DNA of 64,000 nt from contig OZ253467.1 in the NCBI GenBank assembly GCA_965261665.1, positions 30,582-94,581 on the forward strand. The letters run 5' to 3'. This document shows, piece after piece, positions 17,425-24,959 of the stretch. Position 1 is the first letter of the stretch. Each line of letters opens with the position of its first letter. The notes beneath the pieces are model-generated. The model saw nothing but the letters and a program-made list of their open reading frames with translations. It had not been told where the DNA came from and did not search any database. Position numbers and translations under genes: made by a program. This DNA comes from Dehalococcoidia bacterium (GTDB taxonomy: Bacteria > Chloroflexota > Dehalococcoidia > Lucifugimonadales > GCA-2712585).

Positions 17425-18450
17425 GTGGAGCTAGCCGGCCTTCTGAACTACCTGGTTGGATTCTTCATCATGGTCGGCATCTACGGAATTTTTTCGTTGG
17501 GCTTGAACTTGCAGTGGGGATTCACCGGCCTGTTCAACGCCGGCATAGCAGGGTTCTTTGCGTTGGGAGCGTACACGTCGGCGCTGTTGACCACGCCCGC
17601 GCCGGACTCCAATCTGGTGGAGGACTTCGTCTTCGGGGGCAACCTCGCCGGGATACCCTACCTGGATTGGGGAATCGACGTTTGGTTCATTCTTTCATTG
17701 GCGGCCGTTGCGCTGGTGTGCGGGATCGTTGCTTACCTGGTGGGACGGCTCACGCTGCGGCTCAGTGGCGACTATCTGGCTATCGCGACACTGGGCATTG
17801 CCGAAGCGGTGCGGTTGATGTTTCTCAACGAGAAGTGGATTGCCAACGGATCAAAGGGCTTGTACCGGATACCGGAGTTTCTGGGAAACCTGGTTTCTCC
17901 CAAAAGCTACGACTACCTATTCCTCGCTGTGGTGGCAGTGGTTTTGATTCTGCTCTATCTGGCTGTACAGAGGGCCGTTAATTCGCCCTGGGGCAGAGTG
18001 CTGCGAGCAATTCGGGAGGATGAAGTGGCGGCGCAGGCCAGCGGCAAAGACGTCTACTCATTCAAGATGCAGGCCTTCATTCTGGGTTCGATAATCATGG
18101 GCATCGGCGGCGCGCTGTACACTCATCATATACGGTTCATTGCGCCGGTGACCTTCGACCCACTTCTGGCGACCTTTGTCATCTGGGCGATGCTAATGGT
18201 GGGCGGGTCTGGGAATAACAAGGGTGCCGTGCTGGGGGCCTTCGTGGTGTGGGGCATCTGGTCGGGGACTCAGTTTTTGCCGTGGTTCTTCGCCGACCCC
18301 AACTTCCGGTTCTTCATGATTGGAGTCCTGATTGTTGGGGCGATTCTGCTGCGCCCGGGGGGAATATTGGGCGAGACGCGGAGAGTGTCAAAGCCTGCAA
18401 ACGGAACTCCTGCGGCTGCCCACAACGGAGGTGGAGACCCGAAGGGTTAG
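17425..18450 (+). CDS. livM: Branched-chain amino acid ABC transporter permease
   Basis: LivM-type motif GLNLQWGFTGLFNAGIAGFFALGAY in a polytopic protein. Confidence 0.8.
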   Translation: MELAGLLNYLVGFFIMVGIYGIFSLGLNLQWGFTGLFNAGIAGFFALGAYTSALLTTPAPDSNLVEDFVFGGNLAGIPYLDWGIDVWFILSLAAVALVCGIVAYLVGRLTLRLSGDYLAIATLGIAEAVRLMFLNEKWIANGSKGLYRIPEFLGNLVSPKSYDYLFLAVVAVVLILLYLAVQRAVNSPWGRVLRAIREDEVAAQASGKDVYSFKMQAFILGSIIMGIGGALYTHHIRFIAPVTFDPLLATFVIWAMLMVGGSGNNKGAVLGAFVVWGIWSGTQFLPWFFADPNFRFFMIGVLIVGAILLRPGGILGETRRVSKPANGTPAAAHNGGGDPKG

Positions 18451-18509
18451 CGCATTTTTTGGACGCTCACTTGACGCTGAACGGAGCGAGTCAAGAGGTT
18501 TCAAATGAA

Positions 18510-18546
18510 CAGGATGCTGGCGACTAGTTTACACGCCAGCATCCTG
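18510..18546. terminator. Hairpin between convergent livM and the binding-protein gene
   Basis: CAGGATGCTGGCG-11 nt-CGCCAGCATCCTG (13-bp stem), followed by ATTTT on the + strand. Confidence 0.55.
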
Positions 18547-18583
18547 ATTTTCCTGGGCCAAGCCCCTTCGGAAAGGGAGTGCG

Positions 18584-19870
18584 CTAAGGGAGTTCGAACC
18601 GGCCCGTGGATTTTATCTCACCGCCGGATATGGTCCAGATTTCGATGGTGCCGACAACATCCCCGTTCTCGTCGAACTCGATGTCTCCACCGGCGCCGTT
18701 GTAGTTGATGTCCTCACCGTTGGCGATCAACTCCAGCGCCCGCGCGATTTCAGCCCGGCCCGGGCCGATCACCTCGCCTGGAGCGTTGGCTACGTCCCGC
18801 AATGCGTCCCGGATCGCCGCGGAGTCGGAGTTCGTTCCGGCCTTGGCAGCGGCGAGGGCGACGAGAACCGTGGCGTCGTAGTGTTCCGCCATGAAGGGAT
18901 GGGAAGGCTCGACGCCGTAGGTTTCCACGTAAGACGTTTCAAAGGCGTCCTTGGCGGGGCTTCCGGGGCTGCCCTGGGCCGTGCCCATGGTGCCTTCTAA
19001 AGCGTCCCAGGCGTTGATATCGTCGATCCACTCAGAACCCTTGGTGCCGTCGGCGAGGAGGAAGCGTTCGACGTAACTGCCCTCCAGGGCTTCCTGAACG
19101 TACACCGCCGCCTGGCCGGTGTAGCTTAAGGCAGCGAGGGCGTCGATTCCGCCGGCGGTTGCTTTGGTCAGTTCCGAAGCGTAGGTGGGCTGAACGTCTT
19201 CATGGGGCACCTTGGCCGTCACGGTGCCGCCCAGAGCGGTGAAGCTCTCCTCGAACTGGTCGGCAAGGCCCTCGCCGTAGGCGTTGTTAAGATACATGAT
19301 ACCAATGCGATTAAAACCCTGCTCCCGGGCGAGGCGGGCCAGGACCACGCCCTGGGAGGCGTCGGAGGGGGTGGTCCTGAAGACGAAGTCGTTATCTTCG
19401 AGAACGGTGATGCTGGGGGCAGTGGATGCACCGGAGATCAGGATAGTTTCCTGGGGGATGGTGACGGCATTGGCGGCGGCAACGGTGACGCCGCTGGAGA
19501 GGGCTCCAACGATGGCCACCGCCCTTTCAATGTTTACTAAAGCTCCGGCGGCGTCTACCCCCTGCACGGGGTTAACGGCCGTGTCACGGCTGACAATCAG
19601 CACCGATTGTCCGTTGACTCCACCAGCGCGGTTGACGTGCTCGGAGGCCAGCTCTATGGCGTTCCGCAGGGGCGGGCCAAATTCGGCAAGAGAACCGGTA
19701 AAGGCGTTCAGGTTGCCAATTATCAGCGGCGTTTCTTCTTCCTGAGATTCCGTTTGGCAGGCCGTCACGGTCAGGAGAAAGAGCACGGAAAGAATTGCGA
19801 GGGCTAGACCAAATTTGACGAATCTACGCATGTTCATCTCCTGTCGTGAAGTATTAACACTTATAACCAT
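18584..19870 (-). CDS. Liv-type (family 4) ABC substrate-binding lipoprotein
   Basis: Signal peptide plus lipobox-like LTVTAC. Periplasmic-binding-protein type I pattern (IGNLNAFTGSLAEFG...). Confidence 0.8.
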   Translation of the reverse strand: MVISVNTSRQEMNMRRFVKFGLALAILSVLFLLTVTACQTESQEEETPLIIGNLNAFTGSLAEFGPPLRNAIELASEHVNRAGGVNGQSVLIVSRDTAVNPVQGVDAAGALVNIERAVAIVGALSSGVTVAAANAVTIPQETILISGASTAPSITVLEDNDFVFRTTPSDASQGVVLARLAREQGFNRIGIMYLNNAYGEGLADQFEESFTALGGTVTAKVPHEDVQPTYASELTKATAGGIDALAALSYTGQAAVYVQEALEGSYVERFLLADGTKGSEWIDDINAWDALEGTMGTAQGSPGSPAKDAFETSYVETYGVEPSHPFMAEHYDATVLVALAAAKAGTNSDSAAIRDALRDVANAPGEVIGPGRAEIARALELIANGEDINYNGAGGDIEFDENGDVVGTIEIWTISGGEIKSTGRFELP

Positions 19871-19944
19871 ATACTTTGTGTCAAATCAACACAATGCAGT
19901 GAATTCCGTCATACTGAAACGTGGCGGGCGTCCATTTGAAGGCC

Positions 19945-21564
19945 TTACAGATTAAGCACCCGGCCGTCTTCATCCACGTCCAGGGTGCGCGGAGAACGGG
20001 GCAGACCCGGCATGGTGACGAGGTTTCCCGCGATTGGATATATGAAACCGGCTCCCACCGAGGCCCTGACGTTGGCGATTTGGAAGGTATAGCCGGAGGG
20101 CCGGCCCTTGAGCCTGGCGTCATGGGAGATGGAACGGTGGGTCTTGGCCATACAAACGGGGAGGTTCCCCCAACCCAAGGCTTCGTAGGCGTTCAGCTGA
20201 CGACGGGCTGCGGGATCCCAGGCTACGTCGGCCGCGTTGTAGACCTTCTGCGCAAGGGCGAGGGTCTTCTCCCGCAGGCTCGCGTTCCGGGGGTAGAGAT
20301 ACGATACCGAGCTTTCCTGCTTGGTCGCCTCCATCACGGCCTCGGCGAGCTCGACGCCACCCGCCCCGCCGTGGGCAAAGACTCTGCTTTCGGCGACGGC
20401 GAAAGCCCCTGCATCCATCGCCCCCTGCTTCACCAGGGCAATCTCCTCCGGCGAATCCGGCGGAAAGACGTTCACGGCCACCACCACGGGCACTCCGAAG
20501 GACTTGACCAGCCGGACGTGATGCTCCAGGTTCGGCATGCCGGCCATGACGGCGTCTTCGTTAGAGGTGGATAGATCCCGCAGGCGGACGCCGCCATGGG
20601 ACTTGAGGGCGCGAACGGAGGCCACCAGCACGGCGGCCCTGGGTTCCAGGTCGTTGAAGCGGGCCTTGATGTGCATAAACTTTTCGAAGCCCAGGTCCGA
20701 ACCAAAGCCCGCTTCGGTGACAACGTAGTCAGCGTAGCCCAGAGCCAAGCGGTCCGCCAGGACGGAGCTGCAGCCGTGAGCTATGTTTCCAAAGGGACCG
20801 GTGTGCACGACTACCGGCTGGCCTTCGGTGGTTTGCACGAGGTTGGGCTGTATCGTGAAGCGGAGGAGGGCCATCATCGAGCCGACGGCGCCTACGTCAT
20901 TGGCGGTGACCGGCTTGTTGACCATGTTGAAGCCCACCACCATGCGACCCAGCCTCGCGCGCAAGTCTTCCAGGCTACCGGATAGGGCCAAAATAGCCAT
21001 TATCTCCGAGGCGGTTACGATGTCAAAGCCGGTTTCGCGCAGCGGCGCGTTGATTGGCCCTCCGATGCCGGTGACGATGCTTCTCAGTGAGCGGTCTTCC
21101 ATTTCGAGGACGCGCCGCCAGGTGATGCCGGGGGGATAGAAGCCAGGGATCTGGCCGCGCTGGACTGCATTGTCCGTCATCGCCGCCAGTAGGTTGTGGG
21201 CCGACGCGACGGCATGAGCGTCTCCGGTGAAGTGGATATTCACCTCGTCTTCAGGCTCCACCAGAGAAGCCCCACCGCCGGTCCCGCCGCCCTTGATGCC
21301 GAATATGGGCCCGAGGGAAGGCTCGCGAAGGGTGGCGACGGCCCGCTTGCCCAGACGCCCTAGGCTCTGGGTGAGCCCCACGCTGGTGGTGGTCTTGCCC
21401 TCACCGGCGGGGGTCGGCGTGATGCCAGTGACTACAATCAGGGCGCCCCGTGGCCCTCCAGTCTTTATGGCCTCCAGCGGGACCTTGGCCTTGAATCTCC
21501 CGTAGGGTATGACGTGGAACGGATCGAGTCCCATCCGCTCCCCAATTTCAGCTATGGGCTGCAT
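19945..21564 (-). CDS. fhs: Formate--tetrahydrofolate ligase
   Basis: Diagnostic P-loop TPTPAGEGKTTTSVGL, KGGGTGGG, and overall FTHFS collinearity. Confidence 0.9.
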   Translation of the reverse strand: MQPIAEIGERMGLDPFHVIPYGRFKAKVPLEAIKTGGPRGALIVVTGITPTPAGEGKTTTSVGLTQSLGRLGKRAVATLREPSLGPIFGIKGGGTGGGASLVEPEDEVNIHFTGDAHAVASAHNLLAAMTDNAVQRGQIPGFYPPGITWRRVLEMEDRSLRSIVTGIGGPINAPLRETGFDIVTASEIMAILALSGSLEDLRARLGRMVVGFNMVNKPVTANDVGAVGSMMALLRFTIQPNLVQTTEGQPVVVHTGPFGNIAHGCSSVLADRLALGYADYVVTEAGFGSDLGFEKFMHIKARFNDLEPRAAVLVASVRALKSHGGVRLRDLSTSNEDAVMAGMPNLEHHVRLVKSFGVPVVVAVNVFPPDSPEEIALVKQGAMDAGAFAVAESRVFAHGGAGGVELAEAVMEATKQESSVSYLYPRNASLREKTLALAQKVYNAADVAWDPAARRQLNAYEALGWGNLPVCMAKTHRSISHDARLKGRPSGYTFQIANVRASVGAGFIYPIAGNLVTMPGLPRSPRTLDVDEDGRVLNL

Positions 21565-21710
21565 CTCTCTTCACCGCTGCGCTTATGCTATTGGGACATA
21601 GTAGGCTGTAACCCTACCAGCCCATCATAGCAGGCAAATGAGAATTCGTCACAGCCAATGTTGCATGTGAAGGATGAAGGCTGCCGAACTGAAGAGACGG
21701 TTACAAGTAG

Positions 21711-21739
21711 TTGACGATTACTTGGGGAGAAGTTACTAT
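21711..21739 (+). promoter_or_regulatory. Candidate sigma70-type promoter
   Basis: TTGACG - 17 nt - TACTAT, read directly from the sequence. Confidence 0.4.
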
Positions 21740-21752
21740 TACTGCATACCCC

Positions 21753-21810
21753 CCCTGTCGCTTCGGTGTCAGGGTCGAGACCGCCTGGTCAGGCGGTCTC
21801 TGTCTTTTTA
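21753..21810 (+). terminator. Two-hairpin leader ending in an intrinsic terminator
   Basis: Hairpin 1: CCCTGTCGC-TTCG-GTGTCAGGG. Hairpin 2: GAGACCGCC-TGGTCA-GGCGGTCTC, followed by TGTCTTTTTATT. Confidence 0.5.
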
Positions 21811-21825
21811 TTGCGGGAGGAGTGG

Positions 21826-22455
21826 TTGATTACAAGCGTTTATGTTGATGGCTTTAACCTGTATTACAGGGCTGTCAAAGATACTGATTTCAAATGGCTA
21901 GACCTTAGAAAACTTGCTCAAATTCTCTTTCCGGAAGACAACATTAGGCATATTTTATACTTTACTGCTGTTGTCATACCCCGCCCAAACGATGCTCAGC
22001 AACAGCAGCGGCAACAAGCGTACTTGAGAGCGCTTTCCACCTTACTAGGTCTGAAAATCACTTATGGTACCTTCCGATCGCTCACGAAACGCCGTCCATT
22101 GGTAACGCCGATAACAGGCCTGCCTGTCTACGTTGAGGTTAGAGATGTCGAAGAGAAAGGAACGGACGTAAACCTTGCTACCCGTCTAGTGGCCGATGGA
22201 TTCCAACGGAAATATGAGCAGGCGATTGTCTTGTCAAATGACTCGGATCTAGCTAGCGCAATTCGATGTGTCCGCAATGAAATTGGACTTAGGGTAGTAT
22301 TGGTAAATCCAGATAGGAAGAATTACAGTCCACGAAGCTTGTCTGACGCCGCGACGTACGTTAGGCGGCTTAGAAAAAGTCACCTAAGACGAAGCCAATT
22401 CCCTACGGTCCTTTCGGACAAAATCGGCCCCATCACCAAGCCGGCGACATGGTAA
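21826..22455 (+). CDS. NYN (LabA-like/PIN-like) domain protein, putative ribonuclease
   Basis: VYVDGFNLYY ... EKGTDVNLATRL ... VLSNDSDLASAI acidic motifs. TTG start with GGGAGGAG upstream. The track start at 21766 would read through the terminator hairpin. Confidence 0.7.
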   Translation: MITSVYVDGFNLYYRAVKDTDFKWLDLRKLAQILFPEDNIRHILYFTAVVIPRPNDAQQQQRQQAYLRALSTLLGLKITYGTFRSLTKRRPLVTPITGLPVYVEVRDVEEKGTDVNLATRLVADGFQRKYEQAIVLSNDSDLASAIRCVRNEIGLRVVLVNPDRKNYSPRSLSDAATYVRRLRKSHLRRSQFPTVLSDKIGPITKPATW

Positions 22456-22509
22456 ATCTAAGTGGTGTGTATTTGCCAAGATGGAAGAGCGGAACTTCTT
22501 CGTCTGCGG

Positions 22510-22935
22510 TTATTCCACGTCGTGCCAGAGATACTTAGCCATGGACAAGCCTATTACGGTGTAGAGGGCGTTCGCCAGCGGGAAGTGGATCATGTGGCTG
22601 GTCACGGCTAAGCCGGTCTCGCTGTCCGGGTTCAGGGTCCATATCCAGTTCCAATAGAAGATTATTGCAAGGACGATAGCCCCGTAGAATACGAGAGTAG
22701 CGCGCAGGGACTTCATCGAATCAGGGTCCTCACGCTTCGCCGCCCTATACCGTATGTAGCCGGCAATCAGAGCTATGGCCACGCCGACGGCCATGGGCCA
22801 GTTCATAATCTTCCAGATGGCGTAATTATCTGAGCCGTCGTGGTACACCGGCGTAAGGATCAGGTTCAGGCCCACGGCGACAGCCATGACGAAGAGGAAG
22901 ACGGGGATGATTCGGTTGACGAGCATATTGGGCAT
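22510..22935 (-). CDS. Hypothetical 4-TM membrane protein
   Basis: 141 aa with four hydrophobic helices, in an AT-richer patch. Confidence 0.5.
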   Translation of the reverse strand: MPNMLVNRIIPVFLFVMAVAVGLNLILTPVYHDGSDNYAIWKIMNWPMAVGVAIALIAGYIRYRAAKREDPDSMKSLRATLVFYGAIVLAIIFYWNWIWTLNPDSETGLAVTSHMIHFPLANALYTVIGLSMAKYLWHDVE

Positions 22936-23163
22936 TTGGGGGAATACCTCCTACTTGAATGCAATCCAGGACATAGGACTCAATACCGACATTGTGCCCT
23001 TGGTCAATGGGAAAATCAAATGGTGGTGTGAACAATAACCGACATTGGCTCTCACTGTTGTTGACCTTTTTACTGGTTTATGGCAAGTTCTATCAGATTG
23101 GATACTTAGGGGGGCGGCGGCGGAATCAAACGTCGGCGTAAGATTATTCTGGAGGGAGGATGT

Positions 23164-23403
23164 ATGGCGACAACCCACGTCCACGACGTCCACGAGTGCG
23201 ACGAGCATGAGCATCACGCCCACGTTCACGATATCCACGAGTGCGACGAGCATGAGCATCACGCCCACGTCCACGACATACACGAGTGCGACGAGCATGA
23301 ACACCACGCCCACGTCCACGACATACACGAGTGCGACGAGCATGAGCATCACTCCCACGTCCACGATATCCACGAGTGCGACGACCACGAGCCCCACGCT
23401 TAA
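23164..23403 (+). CDS. His/Cys/Asp/Glu-rich tandem-repeat protein, putative metal-binding
   Basis: ATG preceded by GGAGGGAGGA. 79 aa consisting of (HVHD[VI]HECDEHEHHA)x5. No signal peptide. Hairpin at 23499..23531 downstream. Confidence 0.6.
   Translation: MATTHVHDVHECDEHEHHAHVHDIHECDEHEHHAHVHDIHECDEHEHHAHVHDIHECDEHEHHSHVHDIHECDDHEPHA
23176..23400. repeat. Five tandem copies of a 45-bp unit
   Basis: Units start at 23176, 23221, 23266, 23311 and 23356. Consensus: cacgtccacgacatccacgagtgcgacgagcatgagcatcacgcc. Confidence 0.95.
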
Positions 23404-23498
23404 CGTCTCTCAGCCTCGGAGAGTCTCCGGGGAATCGTCGACGACTGCCAGCGTTCACCTGCAATAATGCGAACTGATTTGACAAGTAGAGAGTATCC

Positions 23499-23531
23499 CA
23501 AAGGCAGAAGGCATTTAGCCTTCTGCCTTTG
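23499..23531. terminator. Perfect 14-bp hairpin downstream of the His-rich ORF
   Basis: CAAAGGCAGAAGGC-ATTTA-GCCTTCTGCCTTTG. There is no clear U-tract. Confidence 0.4.
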
Positions 23532-23622
23532 TCCTGCCATGCAATAGCAGTCGGGGCGCTTTAGCTCTATGGAGTAGTCATAAGAGACTTTCGAGGAATC
23601 CCAGATTCTGCATGGAAATAAG

Positions 23623-23650
23623 AAGGCGCAGGACTTTTGTCCCGCGCCTT
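23623..23650 (-). terminator. Hairpin downstream of the CDF gene
   Basis: AAGGCGCAGGAC-TTTT-GTCCCGCGCCTT (one mismatch). On the minus strand it is followed by CTTATTT. Confidence 0.45.
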
Positions 23651-23688
23651 ATCGTTTCTGCGCGTTCGGGCTGGATTCGGAGGTCGCG

Positions 23689-24747
23689 TCAGAAGGGCAG
23701 AAGCTTCCTCACCGGACCTCGTTTCAGGGCCATCAGGTGGTCGACGTGGTCGAGCTCAGTACAGCCTTCCACGTTCTGCTCCAGCTGGATTGTAACGTGG
23801 CGGATGCCGTACTTCTTCATGGCAATCTCTCGAAGACGCCGCATCAGGCCGTCCAGGTCTTCTACGGCGTGTTCGGGGTCCACCAGAACATGGGCGGTCA
23901 TGACGTGGTAGCCGGAGGAGATAGTCCAGACGTGAACGTCGTGGATGACGGTAACCCCGGACAGGTCCTCCATGGCGGCGCACAGAGCGTATACGTCTAT
24001 GTGTTCCGGCACGCCCTCCAGCAACACGTTGAAGACCTTGACCACCAGCCGCCAGGCGCTGGCCATGATGAGGAGTCCGAGAAGGATGCTGAGGATGGGG
24101 TCGACCAGGGTCCATCCCGTGGTGACGATAATGACGCCGGAGATGACGACGCCTACGGAACCGATGAGGTCTGCGATCACGTGGAGGAAGGCGCCCTGCA
24201 CGTTCAGGCTGTGCCGGGCCGAGCGGTGTAGGACAAAGGCGGCTGCGATGTTGACCACCAGACCTATGGAGCCGACTATCAGCATAAGGCCGCCCTCGAT
24301 GTGCGGGGTGTCCTCGAAGATGCGGTGGTATGCCTCGAAGAAGATGTAAGCGGCGATTAGCCATAGGCTGAGAGCGTTCAGCATGGCGGCGATGACTTGG
24401 GTGCGGTGGTAGCCGAAAGTGCGTTCCACAGAGGCGGGCCGCCCGGCGACCCAAAGCGCGAGCAGGGCCAGGGCGATCGCGGCAGCATCGGTGATCATGT
24501 GGGCGGCGTCGGCGAGGAGAGCCAGGCTGCCCGACAGGATGCCGCCTATCACCTCGGCGATCATGAAGCCGCCAATAAGCACTAGGGCTATGACTAGGCT
24601 GCGACGGCTGGTTTCCCGCATGTGTTGGGAGTGGTCGTCATGAGCCTCGTGGGCGTGGTCGCCCCGCCTATGTTCGTGCTGGTCTTCTCCCAAACTCTTG
24701 GAAGTTTTTGCCAAGTCGTATCCCTTGAAGAAGTTTACGAAACCCAC
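23689..24747 (-). CDS. czcD: Cation diffusion facilitator (CDF) family divalent metal exporter
   Basis: Six TM helices. LALLADAAHMITDAAA and HVIADLIGSVGV metal-site motifs. His-rich N-terminus (HEHRRGDHAHEAHDDHSQH). C-terminal cytoplasmic domain. Confidence 0.85.
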   Translation of the reverse strand: MGFVNFFKGYDLAKTSKSLGEDQHEHRRGDHAHEAHDDHSQHMRETSRRSLVIALVLIGGFMIAEVIGGILSGSLALLADAAHMITDAAAIALALLALWVAGRPASVERTFGYHRTQVIAAMLNALSLWLIAAYIFFEAYHRIFEDTPHIEGGLMLIVGSIGLVVNIAAAFVLHRSARHSLNVQGAFLHVIADLIGSVGVVISGVIIVTTGWTLVDPILSILLGLLIMASAWRLVVKVFNVLLEGVPEHIDVYALCAAMEDLSGVTVIHDVHVWTISSGYHVMTAHVLVDPEHAVEDLDGLMRRLREIAMKKYGIRHVTIQLEQNVEGCTELDHVDHLMALKRGPVRKLLPF

Positions 24748-24765
24748 TATTGGTTAGCTTTGGCA

Positions 24766-24793
24766 TTGTACATAGGATGTGTACCCTGTACAA
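24766..24793. promoter_or_regulatory. Candidate operator: three TGTAC(A) motifs upstream of the CDF gene
   Basis: TTGTACAtaggaTGTGTACccTGTACAA, lying 19-46 nt upstream of the GTG start. Confidence 0.2.
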
Positions 24794-24959
24794 CTTTTGT
24801 GGGGGCGGCCTTTCGGTAAACCGAACCTTCCGGCTATTGTCCTTCCCGTCAGTTCCCCATGTGTCGAAGGGCTGGAAAGATTTCATGGCCCCGAGCCGTG
24901 CCGTTCCACAAAATTTTCTAATCCAGGAAAGCAAGGAGCACCGGGGCATTGGGGAGTCT

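Noticed and set aside
19945-21564. Possible N-terminal truncation of fhs, whose product starts at MQPIAEIG, slightly shorter than many FTHFS proteins.
   Set aside because: In-frame TGA and TAA codons lie immediately upstream of the ATG, and the catalytic motifs are intact. This is most likely natural length variation.
21565-21800. ZTP/THF-type riboswitch upstream of fhs, considered because of the ACCGCCTGG string.
   Set aside because: The string is on the strand opposite to fhs and forms part of a simple terminator hairpin. The conserved ZTP 5' sub-domain motifs are absent.
21766-21825. The ORF-track GTG start at 21766 for the NYN gene.
   Set aside because: It would translate through a GC-rich hairpin plus T-tract that looks like a terminator. 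TTG 21826 has GGGAGGAG upstream, and the conserved NYN core starts right after it.
22951-23485. ORFs 22951..23397(-), 23045..23467(+) and 23144..23485(-), which have striking internal repeats (VVDVGVMLMLVALV..., TSTSATSMSITP..., RRTRGYRGRG...).
   Set aside because: These are the other frames and strand of the 45-bp tandem repeat. Only the His-rich frame has a Shine-Dalgarno site plus ATG and a compact ORF bounded by the array.
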